Shown piece by piece: positions 1-15,200 of a stretch of 64,000 bases of DNA. The notes below the pieces were generated by a model. That model saw nothing but the letters and a program-made list of their open reading frames with translations, had not been told where the DNA came from and made no database searches. A program made the translations under genes and the position numbers. The first letter of the stretch is position 1. The number at the start of each line of letters is the position of its first letter. This DNA comes from Antedon mediterranea (Eukaryota > Animalia > Echinodermata): contig NC_092675.1 in NCBI RefSeq assembly GCF_964355755.1, positions 801,812-865,811 of the forward strand. The letters are read 5' to 3'.

Positions 1-3000
1 GTGCAGGACATGTCACCATCTGGTTTGTAGGTACCAACTGGGCATGGCTGACAAGACCCATCCAAGCCTTGCTCAACACCAGCTTCGTCACAAGTTACTA
101 AACAATAATAAGACAATAATAGTTTTAAGTGAGTTTGTTCATTTTATTTAAAAAAATAAACATTATAATGAAGACTACAATCTTATTAAATTTACATTTT
201 ACATTTAAAAACTTTATTTTACCCATAGGGAAACTCGGTTAGCTTTATCAATTGGACATACATGAGATATTACAAGAAATATAAAGTTTAGAATAAACGA
301 TATATAAAGACAGTATGTCACAATTAAAATAAAAAGTAAATAACACTTCTGTTCTTACCATTGCAATAACTAAGTAGTGGAGCTCCCAGCAACTCAGTAT
401 TGGTTCCAGAGGGGCATGCTGTACATTCAAATGAACCAATCTGGTCTTGGTAGAATCCAAGAGGACAAGGGGCACATTCCATGCCATTGAAATACTCACC
501 AACCTCACAAATATCTAATTAAGAAACAGTTTAATATTAGCAGTGCCACTGATGGAGATACAATAGTAGTAATTATGATAGTAAGTAAGTACTACAACAC
601 CAATATATGTGATGGTTGAAATTCAATGATCATGTGTCACTTCAGTCATTATAGCAAGAGTGCATATTAGACCTCAACAATATCAACAACAAAAAACATT
701 GCTACAAATGAAAAATAAATGCTTTAGAATTTAGACCATATATAAGTAATAATCATATTCATTTATAGGCCTATATAATTACAGATCTATACAGTAAAAT
801 CAATTGGAAATCTAACCTTTACATTGTGTGACATCGATAGAGGTAAGACCCTGTGTGGTCATTCCATTTGGACATGCTGCACATGTGACTTGTCCAGTTT
901 CGTTCTGATACGTGCCTTGTGGACACTGCACACATACATCTTCAGCAGTATCATGGTATTCACCTTCAGGACAGAGAACTTGAATAAAAAATAAAAGACA
1001 GAGAACTTGAATAAAAAATAATAGACAGAGAACTTGAATACAAATTTTAACATTTCGTAGAATACAGTAATGTCACATTACTGCCGTTATAATAAGCAAT
1101 ACTGACAGAATGTTCATACAGTTAATTTTGTAACAGTTTTAGAAGCTATTTTAAGCTTTTATTAAAATAGAGAGGTTACATATAGACAACTTATTCTTTT
1201 GTAAAACACTGCTGAAGGATCCTTTGTACACCTGATGGGGTCACAACAAGATATTGCTTTCCAAACCTACCACACATTTCTCCACTAAGAACGGATCCTG
1301 AGTTACAATTCAAGTTGGTAGAAACAACCAAATTACTAGTGTCCACATCACCACCTGTAGTTGTACTCAGATTACCAGCAGCTGCTTGCTCTACCAGTAC
1401 TTCATCAATGGTACGACCATCAGCTGCTGTTGTTGTTCTGAAAGAGAAATCAAAATTGATATGATAATATGTGATTTAAAAAAAAATGTGCACCACCTAC
1501 TTGACAAAACTAAGGAAATCATAAACAGACAATATATTAGAACACACCTCGAATGTTGTGGATTTTTGCACATTCACCATAAGAACAGATTTTAAAAATG
1601 AATTAATTATAATCATTTCTGAAACCATTTTGGTTGATGTTATTAAAGAAAATACATATTAATTTCTACATTTTACATGATGTACTTTTTACCCATTTGT
1701 ATTAATAGCGACTGTAACTGTTGCCGCTTGGCCCACAGTCTGACGTCTGCGCCTTCTACGAGCAGTAGAGTCGCACTCAACTACCACACCTGCCGTTCCA
1801 AAATCACAAACTGGAGCTCCACATACACCTAGGAACATGTTGAGCTCATTCATAACACCTTCAAACTCACTGACAAGGGCATCAATTGTTTCATTGTCAC
1901 ATTGACCAATGGTGTATTCTAAACTGAGGTCAACTGTTGCACCTGGGTTTACAGATTCTGAAATAGATATATTTATTAATTTTTTACGGCTTTACCACGT
2001 TGAAACACCGGTTCTCGTCAGATCACCAAAGTTAAGCAACGTTGGGCCTGGTTAGAGCTTGGATGGGAGACCATCTGGGAATAGCGGGTGCTGTATACGG
2101 AGCTGGGGTCCCGTTAGGCATTTGAAATCAGCACTGCTGACTCTTATGGCAGCCCCTGCATCTAGTATCTGCCTCAGACCTCTGGTCAAGGTGGGCACTG
2201 GACGAGAGAAGCCCTTGATCAATGTCAGGACCAATCAAGGTGCTTTAAACTCTCCTGGCTTTGTTTGTATCAAACCTGTTAGTGGCGGTAATTATCGCTG
2301 TTGGTTTCGATTGAATAAAATAAAAAAAAAAAAAAAAATGAGCAACTGGAGAGAATCTTAATTTTAAATGATTATAATTGTATAGTGATTTTTAAACTCT
2401 TTTAATCCAACTTACGTGCACACCCTGGAAAGATAAAAGGTTCATTTGGTCGTCTTGTATCCCACACTCCTTCCTGAGCACACACGTAGTAAGGATTTGG
2501 TAATGTTGTAAACTCATAGCCTGCGTTGCATCCAATTGTGCAGAATACTCCCCACTGCCAGCTTCCACATGCACTCAAACCCTGGACTGGAGGTGCAGGT
2601 CTCATACAATCAAAAGCTAAAGAAACATTTTTAAAAAGTAAATGATTATATCACAGTGACAGAAAGAGCGGTTAATTATTAAGAGCTTGAAGTGGCAATG
2701 CGGGGATGTGAGAATTATATTTGTTTCTCTAATATTCAATTTTGCAGCTTCTGTGCCAATGACATCACAAACTACCTTGTCTCTCTCTCTCTCTTCACGG
2801 GAAACGCCAAAATGGGCAAAGCTAGTTGACCGATCCAAGGAAGTCTTTTTGTATCTGAATGTACATAGTAAATTGCACCAAAAAGTATATTGTTTGATTG
2901 CATGCTTGGTTGTGCCATGTTTTAAAAGCACTGCATTGTAACATACATATGTAATAACTTACGCAGAACATAGAGTTTAAATTGTGATATGATACTGTTG

Positions 3001-3202
3001 TATGCTGCATCATAGGCCACATACACAATTAGATACTCGCCCCAGGAGAAAATCTGACCAACTCTATGTGACCGTGTAATGTTTACAACAGCAATGTTAT
3101 CCGAGAAAATTGGCTCAACCCATGTTCCAACAGATAGTCGGTCAACTTGGTTAACAATTCGGGTGTCTTCTGTTTGGTAGACAACAACTGGTGGTTCCTT
3201 AT
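1..3202 (-). CDS. Giant gene: second HYR, sushi-like, furin-site exon and further Ephrin_rec_like exons
   Basis: Exons 2963-3202 (HYR), 2416-2616, 1693-1957 (contains ARRRRRRQ), 1271-1437, 817-978, 359-514 and 1-97 ([10 protein letters not shown]). Confidence 0.85.
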
Positions 3203-6200
3203 CTGGTGTAAAATAAGTAAAGAATATTTTATTTTTTCTGTAATTTATTCAAAGCATTAAGTGGGATGACTCGCACTTGTATACTTTCACATCAAACATT
3301 GCGATTACTGTGTATCTAGAGCGCATTACCATTGAAACCGACTAGAAACTCTGATAGGATCACATTCACATTAATCAATCAAATAAAAAAGTAAAATATT
3401 TAAAAAATAAAATTAAGTGTGACCTTCTGCTGATCTTAAACACCAGCGTTATGTGTCAGTACCTTTCACATTGCATTGCATTCCTGGTGTCTCTTTGGTG
3501 TGTTTCAAGAGCAGATTGCATTCAGCTGTTCAACCCTGGTGTTTAGAACTCTGGGGTTTTTTGGTTTTTTTATTCACACCAAACAAAATGTTGGTGATGA
3601 GACACTATAGCTATAGCTATACCCAGGTTATGTCAGGGTTTTCTTAGCATTTTGTTTAATACAAAACTCTTACCAATTGGTATGTCACAATTTGTTCCTT
3701 GATAACCTTCTGGACAAGAAGAACTTCCACATTCAGAAGGCACAATCTTTACCACTTCTCCATCTAGATCAGCTGCCATAGTAACCCACTGAATCAGATC
3801 TCCCTGTTCCCAGATGTCAGAGCAGTTCTGTGATCGCAGTAAAATCTTATCAGCACTCAGAACAGTGCTAAACAGGTTGAGGTAAGTGATTTCACCAATA
3901 AATTCCATTCCAGGAATAATCTCACCACTTGTGGAAAAGTCTTGACCAAGAATAATTCTAACACTAACAACATAGATACAATTATGTTTGATTTAATATC
4001 AATAAAGCTTCATTCAATGCTTGAATATTTGACATATAAGCAAACATATTCATAAATTCTATTCTTATTGTCAATTCTAAGAAACTACTTCTTTTAAGAA
4101 AGTGGATAAGACTAATGAAACAAAACTTACAAAGGAGCTATAGTTCCACCAGAACCCAAATCTTGAATTGTTCCAACCACTTCTCCATCTAGATACATAG
4201 TCAGCTCTGATAGGCTGGACCAGGTACAGGTTACACAGTGCCAATAACCATCATTGATAGCAACATCATTAGAAACCTCATTAATATCAAGAACCAATAC
4301 ATAGATATTCCTAGACATGGACAGATTACAAAATGTAATGTAATAATCAATTTTGTCTTGATTAAAAATTGAATCATACTTTTGTTTAGAAGGTGTTTAT
4401 TTACCCGTCATATCCAAAGAAACGCAGAACAGCTCCCTTACTTCCTGGTACTGCAAATCTTACCCAGAATTCCAATGTGAATGAAGATAAACCAAAGTTT
4501 ACAATTGGTGAATAGGATATGGATGAGTTACCATCAAATTTTAAGTCAAAGTTTGGTGATTTGGCTAAAATAAAAACAATATTTAAAAAATAGTGATGTT
4601 AAGAGAATGAATGAATAGAAAAGGAATGAAATTCTTAAAATAACAGAAAACAATTATGATCCACTCAGTGTTATCTGTACATCAGGTTATTCATTAAACA
4701 AACACGATACGTGTGGACTACTGCTTAAAAATTCCCAGTGAACTCTGCACAGCTCATGTGAGCTCACAATAGGTCAACTTTCGCAAAATTAGATAGTGGG
4801 TTGGTATTCCAGTTTTCAGTTATATTACGCATACTACTGTTCAAAATTATATTACCTATTTCGCAATAGTAGCCTTCATATAAAATATCACATTCGCATG
4901 TGAAGTCATCAATCCCATCAACACATGTCCCATCATGCTCACAATTTACTGCAGCACAATCATCAATGTTGATTTCACAGTTCTTTCCCGAGTAGCCTTG
5001 TAGACAAGTGCAGTTGTATGTGCCGGGCAAGTTGACACAACTTGCTTCATTTTCACAAGGTGATTCTAGGCACTCATCGATCGATATCACAATGCGTTCC
5101 ATTCCAACCTACAGTAAAAAAGAAAAGATTTCTCACTAATCTGAAAACAATAAGAGGCATGTTTTTTGGAAAGAAAGTTTCAAAATATTGACTTGTTTTT
5201 TTTTTCATTTCATAAACATCCAACAGCAAAGTATAACCAAATACTGGATGGATAAACTCTATCATACATAAGTCTTCAGGCTAATGAAGTGGAGTAAACA
5301 GTCATGAGTTACGACCCCAACAATGTTGGTCGGGATTTAACTCAGGATTAGAAGGCAATGTTAACCACTAAGCTACAAAGGAGTTTGAATGTTGAATTCT
5401 TGAAATGTGTCTTATGTGTCCTACATTCTCTTTACCCAGGTTTATTAGTGAGTATGCATCTATTTTGTAAAATGTGTTTCAATCAGACAGATGTCACTAC
5501 ACTGATTTCACACCATGTAAATGTACATACCAATGTTACAGACACATGTGAACCCATTGAATAGATCATTGCATTCAGCATCATTGAGACATGAGTTAGC
5601 AGCACAATCGTCAACATCAACAGTGCAATTTACACCTTCCCATCCAGCAGGGCATCTTGGAACAAAGAAGATAATTTATAGATTAATAAATGAAAATTAT
5701 AAATCAGATTTCCCAGGATATATGGGAGCCACTTTCCTAAAGCTCTTTCTACACTATCAAACTAACAAAAAGTTTGCCTAAATATGGTAATGATATGACA
5801 TAATCGTGTCCATTATGGTTACATCACATATTTCTTTGTCACATAAAGTTTGATAGAGTAGACAATACAATATCTTTACCCATAGTATATTACTTTGCAT
5901 GTTCGTTAAAATACTTACGAGCATCTATAAGAATTAACCAGTGTTGTACAGTTTCCATTATTTTTACATGGTTCTAAAAGACAAAGATCAACCATCAGCT
6001 CACAGCTTTCACCATAGAAACCAGGAATACATGTACAATCACGCCCATTGACAACATCCGTGCAGGTTCCATTATTTTGGCATGGATAAAATGAACATTC
6101 ATCGATATCGATCTAAAGATAAATAGTATTTAAATGATTTTTATTTATATATACATAAGCTGGATGACAGTTTCTCAATGCAGTTTAAAAGGCATTCAAT

Positions 6201-9200
6201 TTATACCCGAGTCACACAAAATTGACAAATTGTTACAGGGATATCTTTACCTCGTTACAACTCTTTCACATGCTAGTTGATCACAATGCGCATATGTATT
6301 GATACAATGTATAGAGCGTAAATAAGACTCCTAAAAACAACTATTTTCCCGACTTGCCATACCTCACAATTTTTGCCTTCAAATCCTTGATAACATAAAC
6401 AGTGGTAATCTTCTTGTTCTATCAGTAGTGTGCAGTTTCCAGAATTTTTGCACGGTTCTAACAAACATGGACCATCTGGATTCCCGCACAATTCTCCTAA
6501 CAAATGAGAAAAAAACAGATGTTTTTGAGATATTGACATTAAAATAAAATTGTATAAAAATTATATTAGATCTAAAGAATAAAGAATGTTTAAAGAAAGT
6601 TAGGCCTAGAAGTTTAAGAAACTCACAGGTGCTGGAATGTGTTGGGACATAACACAAACAAATTTCAAATTATAATTAGGTAATTGTTACAGTAAGTAAG
6701 TATATTTCTTCATAATACAACATACAGTACAGGTATTATATGTTGTTAACATATAGTGTTGTTGTACTGGTGTTTCATACATCTACAGGATTTAAATCTA
6801 AGACATCAATACTATTCAGCAACTAATTGCCCTCACGTTCCAAAAGTTTCTAATCTTCATCATGTTATTCAATGTGTAATTAGATGCAGTTAATTTCAAA
6901 GATAATTAGAGATTATATATAAGTTACAAAAGAATGAATAAAAATGTAATAACAATGATCATCATAATAATGTAACTGATTTTAGTTCTGATCTATAATC
7001 TGTATATTTCAAAACAACATTAAATGTTTATAATGAACCAATAAATTGATCTTATCTTACCGGACCAGCCAAAAGCACATTCACACATAAATGAGTCTAA
7101 TTGGTCAATACACATGCCACCATTCTGACAAATTACCTCAAGGCAATCATCAATATTATGCTGGCAATGAGCGCCCTCATAGCCTGCGAGACAGGTGCAT
7201 GAGTACCCATTGGTGAGGTCAGTGCATGTTGCATTATTCCGACAAGGTGAAGATGAACATTCATCTACAATTTTAGAAAATAATAATTTAATTTATGAAA
7301 TTACAAAAAATGGTGATTTTACTATTATTTAGGAGTTATTTCTAATATGTAAATTTTAGCAGTCTTAACAGTATGTAAATTTACAAACACAATACGTAAC
7401 CATATACACGAATTATTTAGTGCCAATGGTATGATCATTAGAAATTAAATATACAGTCAATATCTATCCTGGTATACAATTGGTACGCATGTTTGCTGCT
7501 AAACTACAGTACCAACAAATGACTATACGCCTATATAAAAATTGATGTTTATTTACCCTTGTTTATTTCGCAATGAATGCCTGTGAAACCAAGTAAGCAG
7601 AGACACTCATATCCTTTGAGTCTATCATAGCATGTTCCATTATTAAAACATGGAGAAGATGCACATTCATCCACGTTGACCTCACATTTATCACCTTTAA
7701 AAAATGCATGCATTTGTTGTTTATTATTATACTTAGGTGTTATGAAACAGAAGAATGATAATTGGAGGTTAAAATAAAAATCAAATCACAAGTGACAGAA
7801 CTCATGCAGCAAAAATGTTCTCTTTTATTGATAAAGAAGTTGAATTCTTTCTTTGCTCTCCTAAAAGTGGATGTGTCCAAAATTTATTTATTCATATGGT
7901 TTCACGTAAAATGTTCTACCACTAACCTGCATATCCAGGTGGACATTCACATGCAAAATAAGCTCCTTGATCTACACAGGTGCTGCCATGCAAACAAGGT
8001 TCAGATTCACATTCATGAGTCACATGTACACAGTTATCACCATAGAATCCAGGCAAACATTCACAATAGTATGACTCTTCTATGTTAAAACATGTTGCAT
8101 TGTTCATGCAAGGGGCACTAGCACATTTGTATGGAATTTCACATGATTGTCTGCAAGATTGAAAAAATGTTACATTAATAGAATAACGCAAAAAGGAATA
8201 AGCTTCTACTCCATCATGGGTACCTTTATATTGTATCAATAGGCCTATAATCATTTAATTGTCCATTCGTATAAGAAAAAAAAATTCAAAATACAAAATA
8301 GGAATCAATTATTTGTATAAAAAATGCATTTGATAGAGTCACAGTGTTATTTTTCTTTATTTAATGATAGTATTAATAATTATAATAATATTAATAATCT
8401 AATTTTCTAACATTTTAGGTTAAACAACCATAACACAATATTCTTACCCTCGGTAACTATCTCTACACTGACAGTATGCTACATGATCAGATACTTCACA
8501 ATTTCCTCCATTAGCACAAAATAAGCCTTCACAGGGACCTAACAAATGATGTTAATACCAATTGTTTAAATAGTTGTAGTAGTTTTAGTATTTTTTTTAA
8601 TTCAATTTTTTTAATCAATAAAGAATTTTCATACTATAGCAGAACAGATTTTGAACACCAATTATCGTTGTATCTCCAAGATACACGATTATATTTAAAA
8701 ACAATAAATCCAACTTACTATAACATTGACTGACATTGGTAGATCCTGTGGACAATGTAGCCAGATAGGGATCACATTCAGTACAATTCCTTGACCCTTT
8801 CAGTGACTGGTGGTAATGCATGGAACATCTAATACATGGCTTGAAACCTGTTGTAGAGTAGGAACCAGGCTCGCATGGTACTGAAACGGTAAAAAGGCAA
8901 TTGTTAGGAAAACATTTATAAAATCATATCATAATAAATTGATAAAAAACAAAACACAATATATAATTATTAAGCATATATAAACAATAAAGATGAGGTG
9001 AGATTAAATAAAAACAACCTGATGCTTGATATGCAGAAATCAGAATTTATTCATACTTTTGATAAACCGATCAAGAAATTATAAATTATGCATTAGTGTA
9101 TATGTGCATGTTTTTTTAAATGTTTGCATAGCGAGTGCCTCTCACTCCTGACGACTATCAAATGCATTAGTGTATATGTGCATGTTTTTTTAAATGTTTG

Positions 9201-12200
9201 CATAGCGAGTGCCTCTCACGCCTGACGACTATCAAATGCATTAGTGTATATGTGCATGTTTTTTTAAATGTTTGCATAGCGAGTGCCTCTCACTCCTGAG
9301 GACTATCACATCATAAATTGATCGAAACTTTAATTAACAGTTCTTTTCTGAACTACAACTATATCTACATATGTGGTGTACCACAAACATATTGTGTATA
9401 TTGGTATTCAAAATAGTCATCTGGTTGTTGTCCTAGCCTACCTTGACAAGAGTTAGGTCCAGTTGCCGGCTGGACAGAGTTTACTCCTTCTGGACATAAA
9501 CTACATACAATGTTGCCATAGCCCTCTGCATATGAGTTTCCTGGGCAGACAGAACATGGTTGGTAGCCATCAGTTGAATAATACCCTGGGCTGCATTGTG
9601 CTGGTAAAACATAAATAAAAATTGTATTAATTTTTTATCCAAGATGGCACATCAGATTTTCTTTCAAAAAGTAATTTATTTTAGTATTAATGGTTCTGAA
9701 TCGTCTTCCCCTTAATAAAAGCAATTGCCATAAACTTGTAATAAATTACTATAACCTACATCCTAGCGTTGTAAATAGATCAACATCACAGAATTAATAT
9801 GATTTTTTAAAGTCATGATTCAATCTCCAGATCCTGATAAATCATAGAGATATTATAGTGAGGACGATTAAAGTATATTGATCGTAATGTCGAGAAGCTC
9901 AACAGTTCTTTTCAGAACTATATTTACGTGTCTGCAAACTTTACTATCAACATAGTGCTAATATCTCTATGGTTTAATGAATATTCACCACACAAACAAA
10001 CAGCCTCTCTAAATGTTAATAATATTACTTACAAATACATTCAAAAATGCTCTTCCGCTGTATTTGTAGAGTTGTATGGCCTTTTGGACAAGCGGAGCAA
10101 GAAGTTTCTCCATATAACTGTTGGTATGTTCCAAAAGGGCAATTGACACAAGTTCCATTTATCTCATATGTTCCTGGCGTACATTGTACTGGAAATAAAT
10201 ATTATTGGAATTTTAATAGGCTCATCCATCATGCAAAGTCTATATGTCATCTTGCCTTTAATTGGATTGTTTTTATCGCCAATTCCATATATCAACACAA
10301 TTTATATTAATCAATAAATAGGCAAAAAACTTCTTAATATTAGTTTATATTTGTTTTTATATTTTATAAGAGTATACCCACTTTTGTTCTTGTTCTTCAC
10401 TTTTTCTGGTTTTTTGTCTAACTTTTTGCAATTATTATTTGGCTTTAAAAGAAAAAACTAAAACTGCAACCTATCTTTTAAATAGTATAAAAACATACTT
10501 ACAGCAGAAACTATCTCTGTAAGTGTATCCAGGGTCACATTCTATGATAGTATCCTCCAACACTGGTCCAGAATCAATAGTCAAGTTTAAGCACTGTGCT
10601 CTGTATTTGACATCAATATTTGACCACATCTCATAGTTTGTTTCTGTGTAGTAGTCAAGTACATGCTGCCGACACTGTGTAAGTTCTTCAGTAGAGACAT
10701 ACCTGACGTTTGCACCTTTGTATCTCAATCCTACAACAGCACTAGCCTACATATTTAAACAAATGACTTTAGTATAAGCATAATATAATCTATATGGATA
10801 GTAGTTAATCACAGTCACATTTTTTGGTACTTAATTTACTTTTTTTGCAGTACGCAACACCATTATACATTTACAAATTAGTGCTTATGCCTATTAAAAC
10901 ATTTATTAGGTTAGTAAATTAATTATATCAAAGATGAAAATGTAGGTCTACCTGAAACTGTTTGGTTCTATAGATTTATGTAATATATGAACTTTAGTTT
11001 GTAATAGACGTAGAGGGCAAATACAGTACATTATATTTAATTCAGAATTCTTGCACTGACCTTTGTGAAATCACTAATTTCTCCAATCTGCAAGCACAAA
11101 TATAATACAAATATTAAGTTATATATTAATTAACAGTATTTTATTGGTGGTTAAATCTGGTTAAACATTATATAACTGATTGATGGCAGCCAGAAAATAT
11201 GCATTATTTTTTTTTTCAAATTCATCTTCAATCTTATACTTTTACCTTTTATTTCCTATAATTTGTCTTCTGTATATTTTGTGATCAACAAAAAACTATC
11301 CAATATCATGCAAAAAGTATCGAAGCATACCTGATTGATGTGTTGATTCATTGAAAGGGTAATTGCCACTGACACTTCTACAGAAAAATTAGCAGCAATC
11401 CGTTGGCAGACTTCTGAACTGAAGAGTACATCTACAAGTGATTCTTGGACTAACAGGTTAAGATTGGCAGCATAGTCAGGTACGCATTCATTGTCATTTG
11501 TGCCGTTAGCGGAATAATTGGCTTGTATGATGTCCTCTTGGACTGGAGGTTCTTCAACTGGAATACGTAGGTAATAAAATGTATAATCACAGCCCTGTAA
11601 CTATTTTATGTTTATATTCTACGACGATCAGTCAAGCAATTCAAGTATTGAAGTGATCAATCAATCAAATTAACCTTTCTTTCTCTTAAGGTAACGGTTT
11701 TATGTAGTAAAGCAAAGTTAAGAGGGGCAACATCTTGGAAAGCAAAAGTTTCTAGAGTTCTGTCAAGAAACAGAACATACTGAAATATTTTTTGAATATA
11801 GTTCAATTCAAAAATTTGTTTCCCACAAGACAAATCTTTTTGTTAGTTTGTTTTATTGGTTTCACCACACATTTTAAAATAAAAGATAAAAATTACAAAT
11901 TGCAAAAAGAAAATTACAATAAACAAGAAAAACACAAAAATGTGCGGATGGAGGTCAAAATAAGTTGCGGACAACTTTAAGTCGTGACCACCAGTTAAAA
12001 AAAAAAAAAAATGAAAGTATACAATAGCAGTCCGGCTTACATTAAAAATACAGAAGCTTAAATTGCTAAGACAATAGTACAATTACAAGATGAACAATAT
12101 GATAAGGTATTCAATTCAATTAAGCGAAGAAGAAAGGAAACGAGAAGAACAGGAACAGGAGATTTAGTTACCATATGCTGCGACCAAAGACTTTTTTAGG

Positions 12201-15200
12201 TTAGATTTGAACAAAGGTAGATTAGGAAGAGATTTTAATGAAATACTTAATAAATTCCATAGTTTTGGACCATTATAAAAAATCGATTTTCTTCTTAAAT
12301 GAAATGTATGCTTTTCAGATAAAATATTTGTTTTAGCAAATCTTGTATTGTAATTGTGAATATCAGGTTGTTGTTTAGGAAATAAAGAAATAATATGATT
12401 TGGTAAAGAGTGATTTTTTAGACGATACATAAAAATATAAGTTTGTAATTTGTGTAAATCAAATACATTAAGTATATTAAATTTATTAAATAAGTTTTTG
12501 GTGTGAGCTATTCTGGTTGACCCTGCACAAATCTTGATAACCTTTTACATGACTATATAAAATCTGGCAATACAAATATGCATTTTACATTTAAAACGAC
12601 ACACTAAAAATGTAAAAATAATTCTTTATAATTAATAATATAATATTTACTTGAACAACCAGGAGTAAGAGGATCAGGTGTCCATCCAATTCCTTCCTGA
12701 CAAAAATATTCGATAAATGATGACGGAGGATCATACACAAATTTAAAGTCGTTCTCTTGACATGCAATGTTACATCCAAAACCAGCACCAAGAGGGCCAA
12801 ATGTAAAGGTTGAACAGCTCTTGTAACCATTAACAGGATCTTCTAAACTCCACTCAGCACATTGTACAGACACTAGAAATTATTAAATATCATAAATGAA
12901 TTACACAGTACAGTACTAGGAGAATAATCGAACCCTAAAAGCTTCCCATCATGCATTGGAGTGATTTTCAATTATGGTTTGTATGTGTATGGGATGCGTA
13001 TAGCTAGTGTAAAAATTGTTCACTTCTTTTATACAACATACATATCAGATATAGACATTGCTAATTATGTTTATAATTAAAAAACTTGCACTGATGAAGG
13101 GCTAGTGTTGCCCGAAAGCTCTGCTAATTTTTCTGGCTGTTTTACATTATCGTTTTGATTTGGCCTTGGCTTATTTTATTTTGTATCCCCATTGAGATCC
13201 AGCCACTGATAACCACATTGTCATTTTTTCAGTAATTTTTGAATTTAATTTTTTTTAAACATGCATCCTTACCATTGACAAACACAACAAACTCACAGGT
13301 CACAATATTGTCAGCAAAATCTGCTGCAGTAACTGTAACAGTCTGGTATGAGCCTAACTTCACCACTGTCCCATTGACAGGTTCATAAGTGACGTATCGC
13401 ACTGCGTCATTGTCTGATACAAGTATCGATGGCCAGAACATTGGAGTGGTGATAATAGGAATTTGATTTTCATCACTTACGGGCGATTCAATAACAATCA
13501 AGTCATGACATTCAAGTAATGGTGGCTCCTTGTCTATAAAAAAATGATTATTCAAATCAAATCACAGTTATTACAGTCTTACAATATAAATAATCAATAA
13601 TACAAAAGTATTTTATTAATGTCACTAACATTTAAAACACATATACTTTAAAGATGTATTGTCCCTCAAAAACATCACTTTGAATAGGCCATTTTGCAGT
13701 TTCACTTCCATAAGAAAAACAACGGGGGAAAAAAATTATTTCACCTATAAAAAGACAAAATAAACAGTTAAATTACCCAAAAACTCATTGTCTTCCAGAC
13801 AATTTGAAAATTTTTTGCTTTAAATTACATTTTTCTCAGGTAAATAAATTTTTTCCAGACCCAATTTTTTTGTGAGAGTGAATAACTATTATGTGACATT
13901 AAAATAACATATTAAAAAAAAAAAAAAAATATTTGTTTAGGGGGACAATATATCTTTAAGTGTGCCAAGAAGGGTCAAAAGAGGTTGGAAGACCACTGTC
14001 ACCACAAGGCGTGCTACACCAACACAGCTTAATATAAATATTCATTAATAAAACAGGAATAGCTTTAAAAGGGATCTATTAATTTTTCAACATATAATTG
14101 CTAAAATATTAAAACACTGAATATAAAGAGATTAATTTATTCAATGAACATTATATATATTTCATTGAAGGTAAACAAAAAATGAAAAAAATTCTGTAAA
14201 TGTTTTTGTATTCTTTTCTGTTACTTGACTGTCATAAAAGGAGTAATGAAAATATACTATTTAGTAATTAATTTGTAAATTGCTTTATATTTGTGGACTG
14301 TTTGAAATAATATATTATATTACATATTTTCACAGCAAAATATACACTATATTGATATGGCAACTGTACTAGACTACAAAAACACTTATAGAAGATGCAT
14401 TAAAAGATAATTACAAGCTATGATAAATTGATAGATCAATTTAGACAAATTGCTTTAGAAGTACTTTAATTATATCATCATTGTTACTTTATTTAAAGAC
14501 TATCTCAAAAATTAAATGCTTTAAAAGTTTCATTAATTCAAGAGGATAATTTACTTTTCACAAAACATATTATTGCAAAGATTTTGATTAGTAATAGGCT
14601 AAAACGTTATTACGTCATTGAGGACTATAAAACACTTTAACATTCAACAACATTTAGTTGAGTTATTGAGTTCATATTTGAAGAAGAAGAAGAAGAATAC
14701 TATAAAGTATGACAGCTACAGTAAATCTCCTCTACAGTATTATTGGGTCTCTAGGCTTATCCACTAACGGTTTTGCAATTTTCATTCTGCTACGCTTGAA
14801 AAACCGGTTTAACTCTCCAAACATTTTAATTCTGAATCAATGCATTATTGATTGTATGGCATCATTATTTTCGATTTGTCAGTTCGTGGATGTAAGTCTA
14901 GGAGATTCGTTGTGGAAGTCTAAAATTAAGGCTTGGCTCTACTGTTGTTTGTGGTTCAACCATTACATCTTTTGGTCGTGCATTTTTGCCTCAACAGCTA
15001 ATCTTGCAGTCCTCACAATGGATCGCTACTGTTCGGTGATATACCCGTTGAAATATAGCGCAAAAAAGAATAATAAATGGATCAAGGTAGCTTTGATGTT
15101 ATTTCCGTGGATCTGTGGCCCGTTAGCGGTAAGTTACTGGATCATGGTGCACAGAGTTGGTGACAGAGAGTGCATAGTAGAGTGGTCAAATATTAACGCT

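Noticed and set aside
1983-2097. Functional 5S rRNA gene
   Set aside because: Helix I ends are mutated, there is no oligo-T terminator, and it is fused to a body and poly(A); better explained as a SINE head.
9140-9310. CTGACGA in the 74-bp repeat as a tandem hammerhead
   Set aside because: No GAAA or stem II follows.
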